Shown here piece after piece: positions 37,878 through 48,253 of a stretch of DNA of 64,000 nucleotides. The position numbers and the translations under genes were made by a program. The stretch lies in contig CALFYW010000016.1 of NCBI GenBank assembly GCA_937952265.1, forward strand, positions 398,661-462,660. Reading direction: 5' to 3'. The notes below the pieces were generated by a model that saw only the letters and a list, made by a program, of their open reading frames with translations, did no database searches and was not told the origin of the DNA. Position 1 is the first letter of the stretch. Every line of letters begins with the position of its first letter. The stretch comes from an uncultured bacterium (GTDB lineage: Bacteria; Patescibacteriota; Minisyncoccia; Phycocordibacterales; GCA-2401445).

Positions 37878-38908
37878 ACATTTTAGTAATTACTCAAAAA
37901 GTAGATCAAGATGATACCGTCCTTGGATTTTTTCATGGCTGGCTAAACGCATTGGGAGAAAAGTTTGACCATGTCTCGGTGATTTGTCTTGAGAAAGGAT
38001 CCACCGATTTACCTCAAGATATGCCAGTGTATTCCTTAGGAAAGGAATCGGGATTTTCGCGTATTCGTTATGTATGGAATTTATTTTTTTATCTTGGAAA
38101 ACTTCACCATCGTTATGATTGCGTATTAGTACACATGAATTATGAGTACGTACTTTTGGCTGGTTGGTGGTGGAGACTGTTTGGGCGGAAGATTGGATTT
38201 TGGTATAACCATACATACGGAAATATCTTTTCTCGTATTGCATTCATGATTGCGCACCGAGTTTTTCATACATCCCCCTTTGCTTTTTCAGCAGGAAGGT
38301 CAAACTCAGTATCTATGCCGGCTGGGATTGATACAAAACTTTTTTCAACTACTCAAAATCAAGTTCCTAACACTATTCTTTTTGTAGGTCGTATTGCTCC
38401 CGTGAAAGGGCTCATCACCTTAATTAAGGCTGTTCAACTTTTAGTTCAAAGGGGTGTTTCGGTTTCTCTTAACATATATGGAGAAGCGCTTTCTCGAGAC
38501 AGAAAGTATCAGGAGCGTGTTCACGTAGAGGCTCAAAATTTAGTGACACGTGGAATAGTGAAATTCCATAACGGGGTAGCCTATGATCAGGTACCGCAAT
38601 TATTTGCTTCACATGAGTTTTTTGTTAACCTCACTCCAAAGGGAAATTTTGATAAGACCGTGTTAGAGGCTATGGCTAGTGGTGCAATACCGGTGGTTTC
38701 AAGCACGGCATTCTCAGACCTCTTACCCCCACCCACTTTTTTTAAAGAGCATGACGCGGACGATCTTGCTCGCCAGCTCGAATATTTAATGAAGCTCTCT
38801 TTCGAGGAGAAGTCGAAGATTAGAGGGTTGTTACGCAAACGTGTCGAGAAGAAGCATGATCTCCATGTGCTCGTGTCGCGGTTAGCGGAAGAATTTGATA
38901 CATTATGA
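37874..38908 (+). CDS. Glycosyltransferase (GT4-like).
   Basis: FVGRIAPVKG...TVLEAMASGAIPVVSS. ATGA overlap. Confidence 0.6.
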   Translation: MNILVITQKVDQDDTVLGFFHGWLNALGEKFDHVSVICLEKGSTDLPQDMPVYSLGKESGFSRIRYVWNLFFYLGKLHHRYDCVLVHMNYEYVLLAGWWWRLFGRKIGFWYNHTYGNIFSRIAFMIAHRVFHTSPFAFSAGRSNSVSMPAGIDTKLFSTTQNQVPNTILFVGRIAPVKGLITLIKAVQLLVQRGVSVSLNIYGEALSRDRKYQERVHVEAQNLVTRGIVKFHNGVAYDQVPQLFASHEFFVNLTPKGNFDKTVLEAMASGAIPVVSSTAFSDLLPPPTFFKEHDADDLARQLEYLMKLSFEEKSKIRGLLRKRVEKKHDLHVLVSRLAEEFDTL

Positions 38909-40050
38909 TGAAGAAGATTTATTATATTGCAAATGCTCGGATGCCAACCGAACGAGCTCATGGTATACAACTTGCAAAGATGTGCGAAGCATTTCTTGAT
39001 ATTGGTGTTCCACTAACGCTCGTCGTTCCAAAACGTAAAACAGTAGGAGAGCAGGTCGCGTCTTTTTATGGACTTGCGAGAGAAATTCCAATCGTGAAGC
39101 TCCCTATTATCGACACGTTTCTTTTTGGTCGTCTCGGTTTTATTTTTGGGACGATTTCTTTTATGGCATCGTATAGCGTATTCCTTCTTCGGAAGAAACT
39201 CTCCGGGGAGGACTTTGTGGTATATACCATTGATATGGATCAGTTTTCATTTTTGCCACTCATTATATTTAATATTCCATATGTGATTGAAGTACACGAT
39301 GCAAAGCCGAAACGCTTTTTATTTCGGCTTTTATTTCGGCGTGCTCGGGCAGTGATGGTTATCAATCGTTTAATTCTGGAAAAGATCCATCGTTATTTTA
39401 ATGTGCCGAAACACCATATCTTTGTGGTCCCGAACGCCATTGATCCAAATTTTATGAATAAGGCTCAGCTAAGAGATGCTTTTCGAAAGAAAGAAGGTAT
39501 TCCACCTAAAGCGTTTCTTCTCTTATACGTGGGAAAATTTTACGAATGGAAAGGTTTTGAGATTTTATATCAACTCGCTCAAGACCTTGATCCTTCCGTA
39601 AACATTGGGTTGGTTGGAGGATCAAAGGAAGAACTCGAAGAGTTAATTGGAAAGCATGTCCCCGAGAATATATTTTGTTTTGGAGCTCGGCCTTATGAAG
39701 AGGTGCCGTCCTGGATCGAGGCTTCGGATGCGTTACTCGTGCTTGGAACTAAAGCAAATGAGTATTCTTATTACCATACATCCCCGATGAAATTATTTGA
39801 ATATCTTGTTTCGGGTCGCCCAATTATTGCAAGTAAGACCCCGGCGATTTGTGATATTGTGAGTGAGAAGGAAGTTTTATTTTATATGCCTGATGATAAG
39901 GAAGATTTAAAGCGCGCTATCTTACGTGTTCAATCGAACCCAGCATCCTTCCATAATCGAGTAAAAGCCGCAAAGGAGTTAAGCACCTCATTTACCTGGC
40001 ATTCTCGAGCGAAGAAAATTAATCAATTTATAAAGGACCGACTATCATGA
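38905..40050 (+). CDS. Glycosyltransferase family 4.
   Basis: SPMKLFEYLVSGRPIIASKTP. ATGA overlap. Confidence 0.65.
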   Translation: MMKKIYYIANARMPTERAHGIQLAKMCEAFLDIGVPLTLVVPKRKTVGEQVASFYGLAREIPIVKLPIIDTFLFGRLGFIFGTISFMASYSVFLLRKKLSGEDFVVYTIDMDQFSFLPLIIFNIPYVIEVHDAKPKRFLFRLLFRRARAVMVINRLILEKIHRYFNVPKHHIFVVPNAIDPNFMNKAQLRDAFRKKEGIPPKAFLLLYVGKFYEWKGFEILYQLAQDLDPSVNIGLVGGSKEELEELIGKHVPENIFCFGARPYEEVPSWIEASDALLVLGTKANEYSYYHTSPMKLFEYLVSGRPIIASKTPAICDIVSEKEVLFYMPDDKEDLKRAILRVQSNPASFHNRVKAAKELSTSFTWHSRAKKINQFIKDRLS

Positions 40051-41135
40051 GAATTGGCATTTTCCTTCATCCTTATAATGAAAAAAAACCAGCAGGATTA
40101 GGCAGGTTTATTTTCTATTTAAGCAGGCACTTGATTGAAAACGCGCCGCAACACACCTTTTACCTTTTTGTTAAAAGTGCCCCAAAGGTGAAGCCGGATA
40201 TCTCTGGTTCAAACTGGTCTGTCATAGAATGCGGCCGCGGATTATTTTGGATGGATCGTGGAATTTCAAAAGCGCCAAAAGCTGATATATACCTTTTTAA
40301 CACACCAATAATACCTGTTTGGAGAAGCGTGAAAAAAAGTGTGGTAATTGCGCTTGATTTTGCCTATCTTGATTTCCACTCTCCGGGCATACTACACGCG
40401 TTAAAACGATACATCCTTAAACAATACCACCGCTTCTCTCTTAAACGTTCTGATCAGATAATTGCAATCTCGCACGCGACAGAGGGGGATGTGATTCAGA
40501 GGTTTCATATTCCTCAACAAAAAATTCGTGTTATCTACCCCGGTTTTTCATCGGTGTGTGAGATAAGCCCTAAATATGTGTCGGTACCCAAACCATTTTT
40601 TCTTTTCATTGGGGTGATAAAAGAGAGGAAGAATGTACATGGAGTTATCGAGGCTTTTATAAAGCTTCTAAAAGAGGATGCGACAGTGTCTCTTGTGGTT
40701 GCGGGTAATGGAGAGGGGGATTACTATGAGCAGATTATATCGCGGGTAAAAACCGCGAATGCTCTTAATCGAATTTATTTTCTAGGTCATATTTCAGCAG
40801 CAGAAGTTTCTTATCTTTTTCAAAATGCGCGAGCGTTAGTATTCCCGAGTTTAACAGAAGGGTTTGGTTTTCCAGTACTTGAGGGTATGGAATGTGGTAT
40901 TCCCGTCATTACGTCAAATAGTTCGTCTTTAGTTGAGCTCGGAGGTGATGCCGCGTATTTAGTTGATCCGCGTGATCCCGAATCAATCTATAAGGGGATG
41001 AAAGCACTGCTTTATGATGAGAATATCCATCAAAAATTGATTCTTCGCGGTTACGAGCAAGTTAAAAAATTTTCTTGGAATCGTTCAGCCCGAGAATTTT
41101 TATTAGTGCTAGAAGAATTATGCGGCCAGAAATAA
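40047..41135 (+). CDS. Glycosyltransferase family 4.
   Basis: LTEGFGFPVLEGMECGIPVITSN. ATGA overlap. Confidence 0.75.
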   Translation: MRIGIFLHPYNEKKPAGLGRFIFYLSRHLIENAPQHTFYLFVKSAPKVKPDISGSNWSVIECGRGLFWMDRGISKAPKADIYLFNTPIIPVWRSVKKSVVIALDFAYLDFHSPGILHALKRYILKQYHRFSLKRSDQIIAISHATEGDVIQRFHIPQQKIRVIYPGFSSVCEISPKYVSVPKPFFLFIGVIKERKNVHGVIEAFIKLLKEDATVSLVVAGNGEGDYYEQIISRVKTANALNRIYFLGHISAAEVSYLFQNARALVFPSLTEGFGFPVLEGMECGIPVITSNSSSLVELGGDAAYLVDPRDPESIYKGMKALLYDENIHQKLILRGYEQVKKFSWNRSAREFLLVLEELCGQK

Positions 41136-42253
41136 GAAAAAAAATTTTAGTATCCTTAACGTTGGTGTGTTCACCCATACTTCTCTTGCTTCTACACTTT
41201 AGAAACACCCGAAAGTCTGAAAATCCGCGAATACTAGTTATTCCGCAACTGACCCGTATTGGTGATCTCATTTCTGTCACACCGATATTTCGGGAAATCA
41301 AAAGAAAGTTCCCTCACGCGTATGTTGCTGTATTAGTGAGTAAGAAAAACATGGGAGTAGTAATTGAAAATCCTCACATTGACGAAATCATTCATTATCA
41401 AAGCATTAGGTTATTTGCTGTTTTGAGAGCAATCTATCAGGGGCATTTTGATATAAGCATTAATGCGGGCGCAACGAGCGAAGGAACCGCTATATCCCTC
41501 TGGGGCCAAATCCCAGAGCGGATCAAGCTTACCTATTCAGGTCGTCCATTGTTTGAGGTGCTCACTGATTGGATGAACACGCACTCCATGCGATACACGC
41601 ATCAAACGTATCTCCCATCATTTTTTCTGCAACTTCTACATCCTCTTGGGATTAAGGCAGAGAATACCGATCCTGAAGTTTTCGTGACTCATCGTGGCAG
41701 AAAAGTGCGCGATAATTTTCTGGTCGAGAAAGGTATTCAGGGTGGGAAATATATCGGAATAAGTATTACGGCGGGAAATAAAATAAAAGAGTGGGGTGAT
41801 GATCGGTTTAAGGAGTTAATAAAAAAAATTCTTAACCGTTTTCCCTACTACATTTTTCTGATTGGAGGAGCGGGGGATCGGGAACGGATAATGAGCTTTC
41901 GGGAAAGATTTTCTCGAGAAGAAGCCGAACGGATCGTTCCTGTCTGCGGTATTCCGCTTGAAATACTTTCTGCCTTTTTTGAGAAACTCTCATTGTTTAT
42001 TGCGGTTGATACTGGTTTAATTCATATGGCACACGCGCTTGATGTACCACTTATTGATATTCTTGGACCGGTTGATTCAGAAGAGCTTTCCCCTAAGAGT
42101 AGGAAGAGCAGGTTACTGCTTCCGCTCAATACCAGACCGAGTGTCTTTGCTTTTAAGCGTCCCGGATCTGCGGAAGATGCTCGGCGCGCCCTTTCTTCTA
42201 TTAGTGTGGATCAGGTCGAGTCTGCATGTGAAGACCTTTTGTCGGAGAATTGA
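41119..42253 (+). CDS. Glycosyltransferase family 9 (ADP-heptose:LPS heptosyltransferase-like).
   Basis: LIGGAGDRERI...LFIAVDTGLIHMAHALDVPLIDILGP matches the GT9 C-terminal signature. Start at the Met (MRPEIRKK) at 41119. Confidence 0.65.
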
Positions 42254-42303
42254 ATCAACGAGGGTGAGAGGGTATAGTTCCATAAAGGGATATTTTATTT
42301 TTT

Positions 42304-42861
42304 ATGATGACAGCAAAAAAACTTAATCTTGGTTGCGGGACTGATATTCGATCAGGCTGGGTAAATCTTGACAAGTATGACCTTCCTGGTGTTGAGGTCG
42401 TACATGACCTTGAGGTACTCCCGCTTCCTTTTTCTGATCATTCTTTTGACGAGATTCTTTGTCAGGATATTTTGGAGCACGTGGCGTATCCAGTACTCCT
42501 TAAAGAGCTTTATCGGATTCTAAAGAAGGAAGGTGTTCTTAAGATTCGTGTGCCTCATTTTACCTCGAAAAATAATTTTATTGATCCAACACACCAAAAG
42601 ATGTTCAGTGTTCGAACTTTTTATTTTTTTGTTACTGATCATGGGTTTAAGAAATACCATCGAAAGTATTACTTTGATTTCTCTTTTAGAAAGATTACGT
42701 CATTGCGCATCACCTTTGAGGGGAGTTCTCGCTTTTTTTTCTATAATCGATTTATCGAGTGGGTAGTTAATAGGAGCGAGGATACCCAGTATCTCTATGA
42801 AGCGACCGGCTTTTCCCGTATTTTTCCTGCAGAAAATATAGAAATTACTTTAATCAAATAA
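42304..42861 (+). CDS. Class I SAM-dependent methyltransferase (Methyltransf_11/23-like).
   Basis: LNLGCGTDIRSGWVNLD...FDEILCQDILEHV. Paralogous to the gene at 55847. Confidence 0.6.
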   Translation: MMTAKKLNLGCGTDIRSGWVNLDKYDLPGVEVVHDLEVLPLPFSDHSFDEILCQDILEHVAYPVLLKELYRILKKEGVLKIRVPHFTSKNNFIDPTHQKMFSVRTFYFFVTDHGFKKYHRKYYFDFSFRKITSLRITFEGSSRFFFYNRFIEWVVNRSEDTQYLYEATGFSRIFPAENIEITLIK

Positions 42862-42869
42862 AATGTATT

Positions 42870-44081
42870 ATGAACATTGCGTTAATTGTACGAAGGCTTG
42901 ATACTCGCGGAGGTACCCAACGCCAAGCTCTTGCGCTTGCTCACACCCTAAAGGAGCGGGGAAACAATGTCGTAGTATACACCTTTCGATATCAACCATC
43001 AGAGACCTTCTCAGAATCGCTTAAAGGTATACGAGTTGTCGCACTAGATCAGAAAGAAGGTAAGGATTATTCGCACTCGATACCTTTTCTTCCGAAGTTT
43101 TTTTCAGATTATCTCAATGATAACCGATGTGCTCGTGCGCTTGCGCGATGTATTGATGTCGACACACACGTGCTTAACCCTCATGATCAAGTAAGTTATC
43201 GTGTCGCGGTGTATTTCAAAAAAAAGGTGAAACAAATTCCATCTGTGTGGATGATGAATGATATGCCCACTAAGTATGCGTCTATGATACGTGAACGAGA
43301 AGTATACGGATATCATCGAACTTCGCTATTAAAACGAATCATATATAAGTTTTTTGATTTCTTTGAGATCCGATGTTTTATCAAGCCACAAGATGCCATT
43401 GTTGTGTTAGATCATCGAGATAAAAAGTGGGCTCAAGAATTTTTCAAAAAAGATGCTTTTGTGGTACGAAGTGGTCTTGATCACAATCGTTTTACTTATC
43501 GAGAACGCACCCTGTCTTCAAATAAAAGGATTAATATTCTTACGACAAGCATTTTTCTTCCGCATCGGAGATTTGAAGACACGCTTCGTGCTATTCGGAT
43601 GCTTTTAAACACAAAAGAGTACGACATACAGTTCTCAATTGTTGGAGGATTTCATAATAAGGGATATGTAGAGTTTATTCGAAAAGTGATAAAGGAAGAG
43701 AAGCTTCAGCATAACGTGTCTCTCCTCGGAGCAGTCTCTGATGAGAAATTACAGGCTCTCTATAGAGATGCAGATATTTTTGTATTTGTGAGCCATATGC
43801 AGAGTTGGGGTATTGCGGTTTTTGAAGCGCTCGCATCAGGGATCCCAACAGTCGTATCAGAAACCACTGGAGCATCGGAAATTCTTAAGAATGGTCTTCA
43901 TGCGATAACAGTTCCTCCGAAAAATCCACGCAGGATTGCGGACGCGCTTAATACACTCATTACTGATCCAGATCTTTATCAGAGTTTAAGCAGAGAAGGT
44001 CGAGCTTTAGTACTCAGTGAGATCTCATGGGAGCAATATAGCAAGAAGATGGAGGCTATTATGGAACATGTTATGAGATAG
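42870..44081 (+). CDS. Glycosyltransferase family 4.
   Basis: SHMQSWGIAVFEALASGIPTVVSETTGASEIL. Confidence 0.7.
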   Translation: MNIALIVRRLDTRGGTQRQALALAHTLKERGNNVVVYTFRYQPSETFSESLKGIRVVALDQKEGKDYSHSIPFLPKFFSDYLNDNRCARALARCIDVDTHVLNPHDQVSYRVAVYFKKKVKQIPSVWMMNDMPTKYASMIREREVYGYHRTSLLKRIIYKFFDFFEIRCFIKPQDAIVVLDHRDKKWAQEFFKKDAFVVRSGLDHNRFTYRERTLSSNKRINILTTSIFLPHRRFEDTLRAIRMLLNTKEYDIQFSIVGGFHNKGYVEFIRKVIKEEKLQHNVSLLGAVSDEKLQALYRDADIFVFVSHMQSWGIAVFEALASGIPTVVSETTGASEILKNGLHAITVPPKNPRRIADALNTLITDPDLYQSLSREGRALVLSEISWEQYSKKMEAIMEHVMR

Positions 44082-44119
44082 TTTATCTGTTTGCGAAAGT
44101 AGGGTAGTATGTTGAAATT

Positions 44120-45466
44120 ATGAAGACCGTTGTAATTACCAGTTTTCACCCCCATATTTCAAGGAATATTTTAAGCACGGAAGCATTTCGTATTTTAGTC
44201 CAAAATCCAAAGCTTCGAATTGTGCTCGCGGTTCCTGATTATAAGGTGGATTTTTTTACTAAAGAATACGCTACCAACGAGCGCATTTCAGTATTTGGTA
44301 TTGAACCCTATCAGGCTTCTCGAACGCTACGCGGGCGATTTTTTAAGCGCCTAGGGGTATTTCTTTTTGATACCCAAACCGCTCGAAACAGAAAAAAATA
44401 TGAATACTATTTTCATGGTAAATATATTATTTATTATTTTTCTCGACTACTTGGTATAATTGGCCACTCTTTTATTTTTCGTCGATTGGTACGTTTTCTT
44501 GATCTGTGGTGCGCTCCAAAAACAAGTGCTTCACGCATGCTTTCTGAAATTAAACCGGACATGCTCTTTTCAACTGATCTTCAAAATGAAAATGATGTGA
44601 GCATCATGCACGCGGCACGCAAGGGAAAAATTCCTATTTTAGGAATGTTACGTTCATGGGATAATCCAACTCAGCGTATTCTACGAGTTTTACCAGAAAA
44701 AATGATTGTAGGGTCAAACGTGCTTGAAGAAGAAGTTCGCTTGCTGTATCGATACCCACCAGCACAAATCGTTATTACGGGAAATCCGCATTATGACCGA
44801 TATCTTAAGGGTCCCACGATGAGTAAGGATAAATTTCTAAAGTCTCTCAATCTTCCCCTCGATAAAAAACTTATTTTATATGCGCCAGTTAGTGATGCGC
44901 TCATCTACCATAATGATATTGATGAATATGTGCTCTCCCTACTTGGAGATGTTGACGCATCAGTATTAGTTCGTTTTCCTCCAGAAAAGCCGGTTCGTCT
45001 CTCGGGTGATTTTAAACAACCTCAGAACATGGTCTATGATCGTCCGGGCGTATCTTTTAATGCTCGTCGGGTTGGTGATCGTGAGATTCGTCGCGAGGAT
45101 GATAGTCGCCTTATTGATTCTTTGTATCATGCGGATGTGGTGGTAACTGGCCCGACGAGCATTACCATTGATGCTGCATTAATTGATCGTCCGGTAATCG
45201 CGGTTCATTTTTATCCTACGCCACGTGAGTTTTTCCGTTCTGTATACCGTTACGAGGATAATCAGATCGTTAAAGTTCGAGAAACGGGAGGTATTCATGT
45301 GAGCGTTACAAAAGAAGATTTTTTAAAAACTCTTGCTTCTTATTTAGAAAATCCAAGACGTGATGCAAAAGGAAGAGAGAAAATACGATCAATGTGGTTT
45401 TCGCATGCAGATGGAAGTGCTGGCAGGCGTGTGGCGGACGCGGTACTTGATTTTCTAACGGTATGA
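44120..45466 (+). CDS. TagB/TagF-family CDP-alditol/glycerol phosphotransferase-like protein (Glyphos_transf), paralog 1.
   Basis: SWDN motif, LILYAP, and ADVVVTGPTSITIDAALIDRPVIAV (cf. TagF LITDYSS...DKPIIFY). Confidence 0.45.
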   Translation: MKTVVITSFHPHISRNILSTEAFRILVQNPKLRIVLAVPDYKVDFFTKEYATNERISVFGIEPYQASRTLRGRFFKRLGVFLFDTQTARNRKKYEYYFHGKYIIYYFSRLLGIIGHSFIFRRLVRFLDLWCAPKTSASRMLSEIKPDMLFSTDLQNENDVSIMHAARKGKIPILGMLRSWDNPTQRILRVLPEKMIVGSNVLEEEVRLLYRYPPAQIVITGNPHYDRYLKGPTMSKDKFLKSLNLPLDKKLILYAPVSDALIYHNDIDEYVLSLLGDVDASVLVRFPPEKPVRLSGDFKQPQNMVYDRPGVSFNARRVGDREIRREDDSRLIDSLYHADVVVTGPTSITIDAALIDRPVIAVHFYPTPREFFRSVYRYEDNQIVKVRETGGIHVSVTKEDFLKTLASYLENPRRDAKGREKIRSMWFSHADGSAGRRVADAVLDFLTV

Positions 45467-46842
45467 AAACAATTCTAATTCCAATCACAACAAATTTCTT
45501 TTCTCGAACGTTTCTTCAAACTGACGCTCTATCCGAATTATTGAAAGATCCAGAAATTCGTATTGTCTGCTTATCCCCGAAGAATAGGAGATATTATTAC
45601 GAAAAAACATTCGGGCATGACCGATTACTTTTTGATGAACTTCCAGACACCAGTGCAAAGACCATTGAGTCAGTATTTAGATTTTTGGAAGTGTGGAGTA
45701 TTAAAAGTAAAACACAGAAACTGATTATCGATGCGGAATTTCACCGCAAGGGAAGTAAAGCCTCTTTCTTCTTACGCCTCATTACTTTTATGTTAAAAAA
45801 ATCCTTATGGTTTTTGGGAGCTTTCCGTTGGTGGCGACAGGGGATCCGTTTTTGCTACAGCGTATTTTCGAGCACTGATTACCATGCTTTGTTTGGAGTC
45901 TATCATCCGGAATTAGTATTTGCTCCTACGATGCTTCCTGCTGATGCGCACATACTTCGAGAGGCAAAAAAATTCGGTATTAAGACTGCTGGGGTAGTAC
46001 TAAGCTGGGATAATCTTTATAGTAAAACATTTTTTCGTGTACATCCTGATCGAGTCATGGTTGCGTCAAAGACATTGGAAGATCTTGCGGTAGAGAAAGC
46101 TGATTATCCGCGGAATAAGCTAGAGGTGATCGGTATTCCCCAGTACGATCGTTACGCGAATAAAAAACCCTCACTTTCTCGTGATGAGTTTATTCGCAAA
46201 CTCGGCGGCGATCCTTCAAAAAAATTAATACTTTACGCGCTGTCAGGAAAAAAAGGCATATCTATCGAACATGGTATTATTGAATTGCTGTATCGCATAG
46301 TAAAGGAGAACATGCTTAAAGAGCCTGTTGAGGTGCTCATACGCCCTTATCCTCGCTATGATTTTTCTGAAGAAAAATTATCGAAGTGGCGACATGAATA
46401 TGGGTTTCGAGCCGAATCATCACTCGCACATATTGACGGTAAAGCAGATGAATGGGAATTTGATGATGTATCACTTGATTTTTTGCAGAATAGTCTTGCT
46501 CATGCGGATGTGATTATTACCATGTATTCTACTTTTTTTATTGAGGGAGCGATTCACGATAAGCCGTTAGTCGCGATAGGGTTTGATGGTTTAGAAGATG
46601 AAAATTATTGGAATTCAAGTCGGCGTTTTTTTGAGTGGGATCATTTGAAGTCATTATTGCCGTGTGATGGGATTACCTTCGCCCGTAGCTTCCAAGGTTT
46701 AGCCGAATCAATTAATAGCTCGCTCATGGATCCGAAATTAAAACGGGAAGGAAGAAAATGTATCGTAAATCAGCAGGCAACGTTTAACGATGGAAAATCA
46801 GGCATTCGTCTGGGAAAGTCACTTTATACCTTGATGAAATAA
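45463..46842 (+). CDS. TagB/TagF-family phosphotransferase-like protein, paralog 2.
   Basis: VLSWDNLYS and ADVIITMYSTFFIEGAIHDKPLVAIGFDG. ATGA overlap with paralog 1. Confidence 0.45.
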   Translation: MKTILIPITTNFFSRTFLQTDALSELLKDPEIRIVCLSPKNRRYYYEKTFGHDRLLFDELPDTSAKTIESVFRFLEVWSIKSKTQKLIIDAEFHRKGSKASFFLRLITFMLKKSLWFLGAFRWWRQGIRFCYSVFSSTDYHALFGVYHPELVFAPTMLPADAHILREAKKFGIKTAGVVLSWDNLYSKTFFRVHPDRVMVASKTLEDLAVEKADYPRNKLEVIGIPQYDRYANKKPSLSRDEFIRKLGGDPSKKLILYALSGKKGISIEHGIIELLYRIVKENMLKEPVEVLIRPYPRYDFSEEKLSKWRHEYGFRAESSLAHIDGKADEWEFDDVSLDFLQNSLAHADVIITMYSTFFIEGAIHDKPLVAIGFDGLEDENYWNSSRRFFEWDHLKSLLPCDGITFARSFQGLAESINSSLMDPKLKREGRKCIVNQQATFNDGKSGIRLGKSLYTLMK

Positions 46843-46854
46843 TATTGTTTCGTT

Positions 46855-48252
46855 ATGCATAAAAAAACAATCGCCATTACGTTAGGATCTGCGGCCGCGT
46901 TTCGGAACCTCTTTTTCTTCCCAGGGAGCGTGTTCGAACAGCTTCGAGTATATGCGAAAAAAAATAATATTCGAATTCTTGTCTGCATTACGCCAAAAGA
47001 CTATGAAAAGTATCAGCCAATTATTAACCCTGATGGGGAATATGTGTGCTATGAGAAAATTTCAGTCGCTCCTGCGCGCAGATCTCTTGAGCGCGTATTC
47101 TACTTTTTCTATTCCTACTTAGTGTATACCGGAACGACGAAAGTGTTAGCTACCATGGCGATTCGTCCTGATGAGCCCCCAGCCGGAGGAAAGTCGTATT
47201 TAGTATTCTTGAAGTGGACAATTTCTCGTTTTTTTGGATGGAGTCGTTTTTTGAAACGAAATGTTATCCCTTTTTTATTTCACAAAATTTTTATTGAGAG
47301 ACCCTTCAGAGATACAATCGAATCATACCAACCTGATCTTATGGTGAGTACCCATATCTATGGATGGTTTGATACTCAGTTTCTTCGAGAAGCAAAAGCG
47401 CAAGGCATTAAGACCATCGGCATGCCTGCTGGGTGGGATCATCTCGATAAGTATTTTCTACCATTTCACCCTGATACCCTTTTAGTTCCAAGTAAAGAAC
47501 TCTCAAATGCCGCAGTAAAATACCAAGCATACGCGAAATTTGAAATACAAATTGTAGGGTACGCGCATTTTGATTTTATTCTAAACCCAGAAATTCAAAA
47601 AACACGAGACGAGGTGTTGCGTTTCTTGAATTTTCCACCCCATGCCAAGTATCTTCTCTATGTGTCTGGAAGCGCGTATTGCCCGGATGAACCCGATATT
47701 ATAGAGACATTGCTTCAATGGTTTGAGGAGAAGCAGGTTGGTGATGAGGACGTTTACCTGGTTATCCGCCCTTACTTAGGAGGGAGAGGGAAAGACCGTG
47801 AATTTGATGAGAAAAAGTTTAATCGTTTTAAGACGCACCCAAGAGTTTATTTTTTTGATAAACCACTTTGGAATGATGTTGAAAATAGTGCCTCATTTAT
47901 TAATATTATGCGATACGCGGATGTGGTGCTTGGTATGTATACCACAATTGTGCTTGAGGCAAGCGTATTTGATCGACCGCTTATTGCCGCCGGATTTGAC
48001 GGTTATACTACACGCCCCATGAAGCGCTCAATTCGTCGGTTTGAGTATCTTGAGCATTTTAAGGATGTTCTGAAGACAGGAGCACTTCCAACCGCTTATA
48101 ATTTTTCGGAGTTACAAGAGTTGCTCAAACTCACGTTAGCTGATCCTCATAGTCGGTCACATGAACGCGAGAAATTGCGACATTCACTCGCAGGGGTCCT
48201 TGACGGGGCATCTTCTCGTCGTATAGTAGATGCATTAATTAACGCGCTCTGA
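46855..48252 (+). CDS. TagB/TagF-family phosphotransferase-like protein, paralog 3.
   Basis: PAGWDHLDKYF and ADVVLGMYTTIVLEASVFDRPLIAAGFDG. Confidence 0.45.
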   Translation: MHKKTIAITLGSAAAFRNLFFFPGSVFEQLRVYAKKNNIRILVCITPKDYEKYQPIINPDGEYVCYEKISVAPARRSLERVFYFFYSYLVYTGTTKVLATMAIRPDEPPAGGKSYLVFLKWTISRFFGWSRFLKRNVIPFLFHKIFIERPFRDTIESYQPDLMVSTHIYGWFDTQFLREAKAQGIKTIGMPAGWDHLDKYFLPFHPDTLLVPSKELSNAAVKYQAYAKFEIQIVGYAHFDFILNPEIQKTRDEVLRFLNFPPHAKYLLYVSGSAYCPDEPDIIETLLQWFEEKQVGDEDVYLVIRPYLGGRGKDREFDEKKFNRFKTHPRVYFFDKPLWNDVENSASFINIMRYADVVLGMYTTIVLEASVFDRPLIAAGFDGYTTRPMKRSIRRFEYLEHFKDVLKTGALPTAYNFSELQELLKLTLADPHSRSHEREKLRHSLAGVLDGASSRRIVDALINAL

Positions 48253-48253
48253 T

